DNA of 64,000 nucleotides, taken from the NCBI GenBank assembly GCA_050294405.1, contig JBNKOC010000027.1:67639-131638 (forward strand), in the 5' to 3' direction. A program made the position numbers and the translations under genes. Positions 19,301 to 27,625 of the stretch are shown here, piece by piece; positions within the stretch are counted from its first letter, which is position 1; every line of letters begins with the position of its first letter. The notes beneath the pieces were generated by a model that was not told where the DNA came from, made no database searches, and saw only the letters and a list, made by a program, of their open reading frames with translations. Source of the stretch: Fibrobacteria bacterium (GTDB lineage Bacteria > Fibrobacterota > Fibrobacteria > UBA11236 > JADFYW01).

Positions 19301-21514
19301 GGGTAATATGTGATCAATTATCGGACTGTGGTAGGGAACATTTACATTTAGCATTCTTGAAACTATTTTATTTTCATAAAGGATTGCTTTTAACCTTTTT
19401 AATTCTTCATGATCACCAGATAGTGTCACAGTATTAAAATCGTTGTATGCTCCTATTCCTATTGATTCAGGAACTAATTCAAATAACTCTTTCTTGTTTT
19501 CCTCCGTATAACTCACGGCTAACATTGAACCCTTTCCCTGGATACTTTTGTATGCCTGGCCTTTTCTAATAGACAGCAAAACTGCTTCACGCAATGTTAA
19601 ACACCCTGCGGCATGGGCTGCCGCTGTTTCTCCCAAACTATGGCCAATGCAGCCATCCGGTGTGACCCCATAGTGTTTCCACAGTTCCGTCAAGCTTAAT
19701 TGAAGACAAACCAAGGCTACTTGTAAAACTTCGGTATCATTTATTCGCGACTTTTCCTTTGACTTTGAAAGTTCTTTTACCAAAGACCAACCGGCATATT
19801 TACTTACAATCTTGTCGCATCTATCCAGAACATTTTTATAAATAGAGTTTTTTTTGTAAAGTTCTTTCCCCATTGCATGCCACTGCGGGCCCGAACCCGG
19901 AAAAACAAATAGTACTTTTGAATTTTTAGTTGCAACGGATCCACGAATTATATTTGCGTTCTTTTTTAAATCTTTTAAAAGGCTTAGTTTTTCTTTTAGT
20001 TCCTCTGTGTTTTTGCCAATAATAACAGCTCTCTCCGAATGATGGGTTCTTCGATAGCTGAGTGTGTAAGCAAAATCATTCAAGTTTATGCTTTTTTTAT
20101 TCAAAAAATCATGGTAACGGCTCGCTGTTTCGGCTAGAGCCCGTTCCCCTCTTGCTGTAATTGGGAGCATATAAAAAGGCTCAAGTATTTTTGCTGATTT
20201 TATTTTTTCTGTTTTAGTCCAATTGCTCAAAATCGCATGTCCGTTTGAGCCCCCATAGCCAAAAGAATTGACTGAAGCCAAAAGATATTTCTTTGAGGGA
20301 AGTTTCTTATTTTTTTGGGTGACATGGATTAACAGCGATTTAAAATCAATCTCCGGGTTCAATTTCGCGGAATGGAGTGAGGGGACAACAGCCTGATGCT
20401 TCAAGATCAGAGACGCCTTTATGATTCCAGCAATCCCCGCTGCTGCTTCGGTATGGCCTATATTTGACTTAATGGACCCCACATCAACCTTTGACTTCAC
20501 TCCCTCACTTTTTAGTAACTCGTTGATGGACCAGCTTTCTGCCTTGTCTCCTGCATCAGTACCTGTTCCGTGAGCCTCAAAATAAACCAAGTTTTTTACG
20601 GATTTTGGTATTTCAGAATAGGCTTTCTTCATTAATTTTAATTGAGCCTCGGGACTGGGCAATGTAATTCCGTTGGTTCTACCGTCCTGGTTAATTCGGA
20701 CATTTTCAATAACTGCATAAATTTTGTCCCCATTTTTTACTGCATCTTCAAGCGGTCTAACAACCACTACTCCCGCACCTTCTCCTCTGCCGTATCCATT
20801 GGCATTATCTCCAAAAGCTCTGGAACGGTTTGAAATTAAACTACCTTTTGCAAGATTCACCATTGAAATAGGGTTAAAAATCACGTTAACTCCCCCAATT
20901 AAGGCAACATCTGATTCCTTATTTTGAATTGATTGAAACGCCAGGGCCAAAGCCGTCATTGAGGAAGAGCAGGCAGTATCCACAGATAAACTTGGGCCTT
21001 TAAAATCAAATACATAAGAAACTTTATTTGAAATGACAGACATCATCACATTTATAGCATGTTCTTTTTTTATAGAATAACGATTTAGATACCCGCTTTG
21101 GTGCAGATAATTTTCTAAGTGAAAGGCTCCAACGAACACTCCAGTTGTCATTTTTTGTAATTCAGACAATGTGAGTCCACTATCCTCTATAGCCTCCCAT
21201 GAGGATTCAAGAATTAACCTTTGTTGCGGGTCTATGGAATCCACTTCGTTTGCATTGAGACCAAAAAATAGAGGGTCAAATTCCCACAATGAGCTTGTGA
21301 GAAAACCGGCTTCAAGTGCGTTTGATTTTCCAGGTTTATTAGGATTGGGATGGTAGAATTTCCTTAAATCCCACCTGTCTGTTGGAATTTTTCTGAAGCA
21401 GTCTTTCCCTGAAACTAAGTTGTTCCACAAGGCCTCCACAGAGTCTGCCCCGCCGGGAAATCGACAGCCTATGCCAGTTATGGCAAGAGGGCTTTTTCTC
21501 AGATTTTTCATCAA
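16391..21514 (-). CDS. Type I polyketide synthase, single module KS-AT-DH-KR-ACP
   Basis: KS has DTACSSS (C182), EAHGTGT and NIGHTEAAAG. AT has GHSLGE (S626). DH has HCVLGKKVFP (H926) and DACLQ. KR has ITGGFGGLG and Y1509. ACP has LGIDS (S1665). The protein ends 42 aa after the ACP Ser. Confidence 0.95.
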   Translation of the reverse strand: MMKNLRKSPLAITGIGCRFPGGADSVEALWNNLVSGKDCFRKIPTDRWDLRKFYHPNPNKPGKSNALEAGFLTSSLWEFDPLFFGLNANEVDSIDPQQRLILESSWEAIEDSGLTLSELQKMTTGVFVGAFHLENYLHQSGYLNRYSIKKEHAINVMMSVISNKVSYVFDFKGPSLSVDTACSSSMTALALAFQSIQNKESDVALIGGVNVIFNPISMVNLAKGSLISNRSRAFGDNANGYGRGEGAGVVVVRPLEDAVKNGDKIYAVIENVRINQDGRTNGITLPSPEAQLKLMKKAYSEIPKSVKNLVYFEAHGTGTDAGDKAESWSINELLKSEGVKSKVDVGSIKSNIGHTEAAAGIAGIIKASLILKHQAVVPSLHSAKLNPEIDFKSLLIHVTQKNKKLPSKKYLLASVNSFGYGGSNGHAILSNWTKTEKIKSAKILEPFYMLPITARGERALAETASRYHDFLNKKSINLNDFAYTLSYRRTHHSERAVIIGKNTEELKEKLSLLKDLKKNANIIRGSVATKNSKVLFVFPGSGPQWHAMGKELYKKNSIYKNVLDRCDKIVSKYAGWSLVKELSKSKEKSRINDTEVLQVALVCLQLSLTELWKHYGVTPDGCIGHSLGETAAAHAAGCLTLREAVLLSIRKGQAYKSIQGKGSMLAVSYTEENKKELFELVPESIGIGAYNDFNTVTLSGDHEELKRLKAILYENKIVSRMLNVNVPYHSPIIDHILPKFRKSIKGLKSKAPAINLYSSVFGEKVNDAVFNPDYWCNNIRQPVYFHKAFEEALKDGYDVIVEISAHHVLKSSIKKVCDVKRIPFNYVNSLLREQDAVECFFQSLSSFFTIGGNINWEQIIHPRGNFIRIPSYPWQKSYHWSESPESKVARVGNPGNSPFMQVKMNVPGEVWNAELNDYFFPFLPDHCVLGKKVFPGMGFIDSILHFTKYQESIKKLDIHNFKILKMIVIPDEDVVDMQTHYNEQASDILFYTKQVSNESPWNLCARANIDVSEFEEPSGIELVTLKQKFGKVSILGDDVYDYFRELGYDYKRSFASIKNLFLLDSEFLAEINFNFESIDGFKYFSGNLDACLQACLAFVPNNEKYVPSEIKKISIFSLPEEGFYVYGEIHTSSEEKMAVNLKVISQYGHILAVVENLVFKSIPSPGFKNWIYYNPSLTEIDRNKVLDISNVDVIKLGLNAKVSSKNFVDIKNKNTLSIQNITSSNNFYGNKTADTLARLQNIISLAGKSGNIRNVIVKMHSKNENPLENPEFTMISSFLKTAAIELRNMRFAINYNIPSELTLMAGNTDCLCSIKNKFYTIFLDPMDLARLKRVEDINKETRLPIPVCDANIKQNIINSKDVFLITGGFGGLGIEVAKWLIKNGAKNIALCGRSGPKSEEAINFIRNSNESGIQIFSGKMDIANKAELKQFFDKIQSTGFKISGVFHSAAVIEDKLFENVTRNNFVKTLNPKVVGALNIFELLDKKRIKFFISFSSITSIVGNQGQLAYGASNGFLDGLMQHMRLQGFASFSINLGPVEAVGAAAKNQAAQNYLKSIGLEYLTIDDVLNTINLTLRTNQPQIGCFKSDWSKWLKKYPDFYDAKYFGKVIEKYKIEKAQVEWVQDSIKKDINSIHTFLKETLSKMLNIDVGQISNHALINDLGIDSILAVELVSAISMELAVEINSMDVLENSTVEKLSFKIAEEMGL

Positions 21515-21655
21515 TTTTTACATCCTTCCAAGAATCCAAAACAAATTCTCAAACCAATTCATTACTGCATTCAATCTAAAAACTAATGAACTTTAAATAA
21601 GAATTCTAAAAACATATAGTTTTTTGTTAAAAAAATGAATTTAGGTAGGTAAACA

Positions 21656-21664
21656 TGATATAAT
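21656..21664 (+). promoter_or_regulatory. Extended -10 element TGATATAAT upstream of the giant kinase gene
   Basis: The TGnTATAAT element lies about 125 nt upstream of the ATG at 21788, in the PKS/kinase divergent region. Confidence 0.35.
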
Positions 21665-21787
21665 CTGCAAATAATCTACAAAAACTCTATTTGGACTTAA
21701 TCGAAAGAAGAACATGATTTTAAATACTACTTTTGATTTAATCAGGCAAGGTTTTAGTCTATATAGGTGAAAAGGATTTAGCCAAAT

Positions 21788-24700
21788 ATGATTCCAAAGC
21801 AATTAGGGAAGTATAGAATCATTTCACCCATTGGAAAGGGATATGATAGCACAGTTTATCTTTGCCAGGATCTAGAAACCAACAAAAAGTATATTCTAAA
21901 ATCGCTCTCCAAAGTAAATTCAAATTTGGAAAAGGTTATAAGCTCAAGTGTAAGGTTTAAAAATGAAATTGATATTTTAGATACTATAAATCACGAAAAT
22001 ATTAATTCCATCCATGATTCATTTTTGCATGATGAACATTATCAAATTGTCTTTCCCTATGAGCCCGGAGTTACACTAAACGAAAGAATTGAATCTTCAG
22101 GTGTCATAGACACTGAAAACGCAATTAAAATTATTTCCCAAATCTTGGAAGGGTTAAAGTACATTCATTCGAGAGGGTATGTGCACTGTGACATTAACCC
22201 AAATAACATCTATATTCTGGAAAACGGACTTGTCAAAATATTGGATTTTGGATTCGCATTTCTTGATTCCGAAAATATGTCTAAGAATCCGGGAAGTATT
22301 GTGGGAACCATACCTTATCTGGCTCCGGAACAAACTGGTTACACAAACTTTAAAATTGATGCGCGAACAGATACATTTTGTACCGGTGTCATTTTATATC
22401 GACTACTTGCCAATAAATTACCGTTTGAAATTAAAGATAATTCTATCACCGAATTGATTGATTCCATTTTAAAATGTGATATCAAGCCGTTAAAAAATAT
22501 TCCCATAAAGTTCAATCAGATCTTAATCAAGTCATTGCAGCCCAATCCAGCCGACAGATACCAAACAGCCCAGGGGTTTTTGGAAGATTTAAACCAAGCT
22601 ATGAAATTAGAAGAAAGTGAAGTATGGAAAGTTGGGGATAAGGATAGAGTTATATCCATTAACAGAAAAAAAATATTTATCGGCAGGAACAATGAATTAT
22701 CACAAATATCCGATGTTTTAAAAATACACAACTCAACAAGGGCAGGATCCCTATTGGTATATGGCTCGTCAGGAATGGGAAAATCTTTCTTAATAAAACA
22801 TTTAAAATCAAAAAACATAATAACTGCACCTGTTATAATTGAAAGTAAATGCAACAGGTTCAGCAAAAGCCAACCCTTCTCTACGCTGCGTGATTTAATA
22901 TTGAATTTTTTGTATGATCAGGTGAAATCGTCCACGGACTTAGCAAACCTCGAGAGCTTTGTTAATGAAAAATATGGCTCGAAATCGGGGCATATATTAG
23001 AAGCTATCCCCGAATTAGCTCCTTTTTTTAAATCCGTAAATTTTGAGAAAAGTGTTGAAAATCAATCAAACAGGTTAAACCATTATCTTTTTAATTTTTT
23101 CAGGGAATTAGGGAACAAATACAAAATAATGCTGCACATTGATGATTTTCAATGGATTGACCATCCCAGTTTTTTAGTTATATCAAAGTTATTGGAGTCC
23201 AAAAACAGGCCGTTTATAATAATCAGTTACCGCACGGAAAAACAAAATTCGGATTTATTTGTTGATGATTATGACTTAAATAAAATTGAGTTTACAGCCA
23301 CTATTAACCTTAAAGCTTTTGATAAGAAAGATGTTATTGCATATTTGGACACCAAGTTTGGAAGTTTTGGAAACCAAAGCCAATTAGCAGACATTTTAAT
23401 TTCTAAAACGAATTCATCTCCCTTTGAAATTGAAGAAGCGTTAATACATCTAACAAATAATAATCTGATTATTCCAAAGGACAAGGATTGGAAAATAAGT
23501 ATCAAAACAATACAAGCTGTAGGTGAAAAATTTAACATAATTGATATCCTTTCTCATAAAATTAAGTTTTTGTCTATTGAAGAAAAGAAAATATTAGAAT
23601 TTGCAAGCGCTTCTCAAAAACCCATTAACCCTTCTTTGCTTATATCAATCTTTAATTTGCCTAGGAAAGAAACACATTTAATTATCAATGATTTACTGTC
23701 CCAGGGTTTATTAAAAATGGACATTTCTGGAAAATTTGCTTTTACTCACGATCAAATCAGAGACATTATATATTTAGGAATCAGCAGTAGCAAACAAATT
23801 CAAATAAATGAACAATATGCAAAACATTTTGAAGGCTTAATTGAACTGAATAATGAAATTATTTTTGATACAGCTGAATACTATTTAAAAACGAATAATT
23901 CTTCCATGACCCTAAAATATTTAAAAATGGCTTCGGAACATGCAGAATCAAAACACGACCTAACCCTGGCTAAATATTACCTAAGAAAGACCCTGCAAAT
24001 CTATTCGATTGTACCGGATCAAAAGTCAAAAAAAACAGTAGACATTACTTTGGAAAATATACGCTTAGCAAAGTTAATGCTGATGAGCGGAAACAACCGT
24101 GAAGTCATTGGTTTTTTAGAAAAGTTTATATACAAAAACAAACTCCCCGAATTGCAAAAATTAGAATGCAAATACATACTAGGCTCTGCATACCAATATA
24201 CGTCAAATTTTGATGAAGCCATCAAATGTTACATGGGCGCTTTACAATCACTAAAGAAAAATTTTCCAAAAAACCGCATTACCCTCATTACAAAAACATT
24301 ATTTCAAATATTTATACAATACAGTACATCTTGGGTTTTTATTAATTTTTATCAAAAACCAAAGAAAGCAGAGTATCAACTAAAAATTAACATATACCGA
24401 AGACTAGTACATTGCTTCTTTTATAAAGACCTTCTTTCTTGTGTTTATGTCGCATTTTGTGCAAAAAATATGGCCGACAAAAGCATTGATACAAAAGAAA
24501 AAATAGAAGCTTATTTACAGCATTCTTACGGATTGTATTTTATGTATTTAAAAAAATCTTCATTTAACCTAATGAATAAAGCAATGAGGATTGCATTGAG
24601 AATCCAAAGAGTGGACACCATAGCAGAGGCCCACTGTTGGAAAGGAATGATAGAGTACTGCGATGGGAAATGGATTACGGCAAAAACAGAATTAAAAGAA

Positions 24701-26920
24701 AGTATAAAAAAGTACCAATCTATAGCGGATATCAACTCTTCATTACTACCGGAGTCTCATTTGTGGAGAATATATTTATACACAGGCAACCTACAGGAAG
24801 CCTATTCGCTAGCTGTAGATTCAGTGTCAAAATCCAAAATCTGCAAGGACATTCACTTCCGTACAATTTCTGAACTGTGTATAGAATACATTAATGCCTT
24901 ACAAATCAAAGACTATTACAAAAAAAACGGGACACAGCTAAGTTCTTTTGGTCAAACAAAAACCGAAATACTTACAAGCATCATGATGTCTATTCAAATA
25001 GCAAAAATTCATCTATTATTTAATGAAACAAAACTTTCATACAATTGTCTCGTTCCACATATAAAGGAAATTAAATCAAGAAATTTAAAGCAAGAGTATG
25101 TTACTCCTATTTTCAATTTAATTTGCGAGACCTTATATAAAGACATCCTCTTAGGGAAAGAGGGCAATTTAAATTTTAGTAAAAAGAAAAAAATGTCTTT
25201 ATTTAGAAAGTTCATAACCTTGTCCCTGATAAACTGCACAAATTTCCCAGCCCATGTGGGATCTATATATAGAAGTATTGCATGGTATTCCTATTTTAGG
25301 GGTTGGAAATCCATGTCTGTATTTTTCTTTAAAAAAGCAATCGGAAAATTTCACAAGCTGAATATGAGTCTTGAGGAAGGACAAACCTACGAAGATATTG
25401 CCAAATTTTATTATTTAGAAGGAATCTCCGGTGACTACATAGATAATATTGAAAAAGCATATAAATATTATTCCGATTGCAACGCCTCTGTTCTTATTGA
25501 AAGACTAACCAATTTACATTCGCACGAAATACCACAAACATCTAAGTTTGAGAGTGCATCAAGCCTAAACAATTCTATTATAGAATCAGATATCAACCAT
25601 CTCAGAGTGAATACCATTCTTGATGTGTCTAACACAATTATCGAAAATACGGATATAAATCTAATAATGGAACAAACTGTAATGGCACTCATTAAAACAA
25701 CGGGCGCCCAAAATGGATACATGTTTCTTGTTTCGGATAATCAATCTAAAAAAAAATTATTTCTGGATTTTAATGGTAAAGAAATTAGAGATGCCGAATC
25801 AAATTACTCTGATGAGATAATTGAATGGGTAAACAATAGCAGAAAATCCATTTTATTAAAGGATGGATCCGATACAGATATCATTAAAACTATCCCGAAA
25901 AGCAAAATCAGGTCCGTCTTATGTATTCCCCTTATAAGAAAGGATAACTATTTGGGATGTGTTTATCTTAGTAACGATAGAATTTCAGGTTTATTTACCA
26001 GTACATCCGAAAAAGCCGCTAAATTACTTGTTGCTCAAGCTTCCATACTCTTAGAAAACGCTTATTTATTAAACAGTTACAAACAATTAAATGAAAATTT
26101 AGAAGAAATTGTAAAAGAACAAACCGCTGACATTAGAAGTAAAAAAGAAGAGCTGGAAGACTTTAATTTAAAGCTAATAGAATCTGAGCGGATGAAGGAT
26201 ATTTTAACAGGCACCTTAGTACACGATATTAAAAATTATGTAGCGGGCATTGAAGGAAATTTAAAAGTATTAAAAAGAAAACTTGGGGATGAGGAAAAAA
26301 ACTTTCGCAGCTTGCATACGGCAGCCATGGCATGTATGGATATAGCTTCTCTTTCTTCGAACCTCTTAGATATTGGTAGAATGGAAGAAGGCCATTTAGA
26401 AATCAAGCCTCAAAAAGTTTCCTACAATGTAATAAGCCATATAATTTCGAAATTAAGAGAGGCAGCCCCCTTTGAAGAAAAAAACATTGATGTTGAATTA
26501 ATAAAACCTGAATTTGATGTTAACTTTGAATGGGACCACAGATTATTGGACAGAGTTATCCAAAATTTATTTAATAATGCGGCTAAATATACTCCAGAAC
26601 AGGGAAAAGTAAAAGTATACTTCGAAAACCACAATTCTGAATATGTAATGGTAATTTACAACTCTGGAAATCCCATTGAAGAAGAATACAAACAGGAACT
26701 TTTCAACAAATACGCCCGTGCAGGGGCTAAGTGGTCGCCTTATTCAAAGGGACTGGGCCTATTTTTTTGCAAAATGGTTGTTCAGGCCCATAAGGGGAAT
26801 ATATGGGTAGATACGGATATAAGCGGAAATTATTTTAAAATTTCCTGTAGCAAAAATTTTTCCCATAAGGCCAAAGAATCACATATGGCCAGCCCTGAAA
26901 GAGATTCCCAGCCTGTTTGA
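21788..26920 (+). CDS. Multidomain Ser/Thr protein kinase - AAA(STAND-like) ATPase - TPR/helical - GAF - histidine kinase (HstK-like)
   Basis: STK motifs are GKGYDSTV, K38, HCDINPNN, DFG and APE. FIGRNNEL is followed by the P-loop GSSGMGKS and Walker B MLHIDDF. The GAF-like region includes CIPLIRKDNYLGCVYLSN. The H-box is LVHDIKN (H1479), the N-box is QNLFNNAAKY and the G2 box is GLGLFF. Confidence 0.9.
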   Translation: MIPKQLGKYRIISPIGKGYDSTVYLCQDLETNKKYILKSLSKVNSNLEKVISSSVRFKNEIDILDTINHENINSIHDSFLHDEHYQIVFPYEPGVTLNERIESSGVIDTENAIKIISQILEGLKYIHSRGYVHCDINPNNIYILENGLVKILDFGFAFLDSENMSKNPGSIVGTIPYLAPEQTGYTNFKIDARTDTFCTGVILYRLLANKLPFEIKDNSITELIDSILKCDIKPLKNIPIKFNQILIKSLQPNPADRYQTAQGFLEDLNQAMKLEESEVWKVGDKDRVISINRKKIFIGRNNELSQISDVLKIHNSTRAGSLLVYGSSGMGKSFLIKHLKSKNIITAPVIIESKCNRFSKSQPFSTLRDLILNFLYDQVKSSTDLANLESFVNEKYGSKSGHILEAIPELAPFFKSVNFEKSVENQSNRLNHYLFNFFRELGNKYKIMLHIDDFQWIDHPSFLVISKLLESKNRPFIIISYRTEKQNSDLFVDDYDLNKIEFTATINLKAFDKKDVIAYLDTKFGSFGNQSQLADILISKTNSSPFEIEEALIHLTNNNLIIPKDKDWKISIKTIQAVGEKFNIIDILSHKIKFLSIEEKKILEFASASQKPINPSLLISIFNLPRKETHLIINDLLSQGLLKMDISGKFAFTHDQIRDIIYLGISSSKQIQINEQYAKHFEGLIELNNEIIFDTAEYYLKTNNSSMTLKYLKMASEHAESKHDLTLAKYYLRKTLQIYSIVPDQKSKKTVDITLENIRLAKLMLMSGNNREVIGFLEKFIYKNKLPELQKLECKYILGSAYQYTSNFDEAIKCYMGALQSLKKNFPKNRITLITKTLFQIFIQYSTSWVFINFYQKPKKAEYQLKINIYRRLVHCFFYKDLLSCVYVAFCAKNMADKSIDTKEKIEAYLQHSYGLYFMYLKKSSFNLMNKAMRIALRIQRVDTIAEAHCWKGMIEYCDGKWITAKTELKESIKKYQSIADINSSLLPESHLWRIYLYTGNLQEAYSLAVDSVSKSKICKDIHFRTISELCIEYINALQIKDYYKKNGTQLSSFGQTKTEILTSIMMSIQIAKIHLLFNETKLSYNCLVPHIKEIKSRNLKQEYVTPIFNLICETLYKDILLGKEGNLNFSKKKKMSLFRKFITLSLINCTNFPAHVGSIYRSIAWYSYFRGWKSMSVFFFKKAIGKFHKLNMSLEEGQTYEDIAKFYYLEGISGDYIDNIEKAYKYYSDCNASVLIERLTNLHSHEIPQTSKFESASSLNNSIIESDINHLRVNTILDVSNTIIENTDINLIMEQTVMALIKTTGAQNGYMFLVSDNQSKKKLFLDFNGKEIRDAESNYSDEIIEWVNNSRKSILLKDGSDTDIIKTIPKSKIRSVLCIPLIRKDNYLGCVYLSNDRISGLFTSTSEKAAKLLVAQASILLENAYLLNSYKQLNENLEEIVKEQTADIRSKKEELEDFNLKLIESERMKDILTGTLVHDIKNYVAGIEGNLKVLKRKLGDEEKNFRSLHTAAMACMDIASLSSNLLDIGRMEEGHLEIKPQKVSYNVISHIISKLREAAPFEEKNIDVELIKPEFDVNFEWDHRLLDRVIQNLFNNAAKYTPEQGKVKVYFENHNSEYVMVIYNSGNPIEEEYKQELFNKYARAGAKWSPYSKGLGLFFCKMVVQAHKGNIWVDTDISGNYFKISCSKNFSHKAKESHMASPERDSQPV

Positions 26921-27004
26921 GTCTCACTAAGACCAAAAAATCTAAAGCTACTAAAGTTTCTAAACTTATATGTGCCCGTCTGCCGGGATTCCCCTAAAAA
27001 TTGG

Positions 27005-27013
27005 TGGTATAAT
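27005..27013 (+). promoter_or_regulatory. Extended -10 element TGGTATAAT upstream of the minor-pilin operon
   Basis: The TGnTATAAT element lies about 90 nt upstream of the ATG at 27104. Confidence 0.35.
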
Positions 27014-27103
27014 AATAGTAGTTAGTGATATCTGAAAAGGACTCAAATTTAGTTTCAATGGTCCTTTGATTTGGGTTGTTTTAAACGCTATTAATCGCAT
27101 TAA

Positions 27104-27625
27104 ATGAATTTTAACTGGACCAAAAGCATATACGGATCCAAGGAGAGTCCTGAAAAGGGATTCACTATTATGGAGCTTGTAATGGTATTGGCTATCATCA
27201 CCATTTTGACCACACTAGCCGCTCCCAAATTTAAATCCTGGAAGGAAATAATTGATTTACACAATACCACCAGGCAAATAAAAGGGCAATTGGACTTTGC
27301 CAAGGTAAGGGCATTGACCAACCCACTGGTCCATTGTGGAGTTTATTTTAAAACAAGTTCACCCTCTTACTCCGCCATCTTTTTTGACACTGCAATGGTT
27401 GGGTCATACGATTATAACATGGGCCAGGACCCCTTATATCAGGCAGCTTTGGAAATCCCCCCCGGTCTTAACGTTTCATTATCCATCCCAGGCGGCAAAG
27501 ACGAGGTTATTTTCCGAGGAGACGGCTCCTCTAACACAAATGCAAACATAATAATTTCCAATGGATTTATGTCTGATACCATTAACATTCTTGCAAGCAC
27601 TGGCAGAATTAAAATATTAAAATGA
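27104..27625 (+). CDS. Type IV minor pilin / pseudopilin, FimT-GspH-like
   Basis: The prepilin cleavage/methylation motif KG/FTIMELV has Glu at +5, followed by a hydrophobic helix. Confidence 0.78.
   Translation: MNFNWTKSIYGSKESPEKGFTIMELVMVLAIITILTTLAAPKFKSWKEIIDLHNTTRQIKGQLDFAKVRALTNPLVHCGVYFKTSSPSYSAIFFDTAMVGSYDYNMGQDPLYQAALEIPPGLNVSLSIPGGKDEVIFRGDGSSNTNANIIISNGFMSDTINILASTGRIKILK

Noticed and set aside
16391-26920. Dozens of 60-120 aa ORFs inside or antisense to the PKS and giant kinase (e.g. 17301..17561, 20642..20927, 22516..22866, 23269..23538)
   Set aside because: They are embedded in long ORFs with unambiguous domain content, and their translations are low-complexity. They are typical shadow ORFs in AT-rich coding DNA.
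14041-27103. Flanking direct repeats or att sites for the AT-rich island
   Set aside because: I compared 14041-14330 with 26921-27103 by eye. Only trivial AT-rich heptamers (for example TTTCTAAA) are shared, which is no evidence for site-specific integration.
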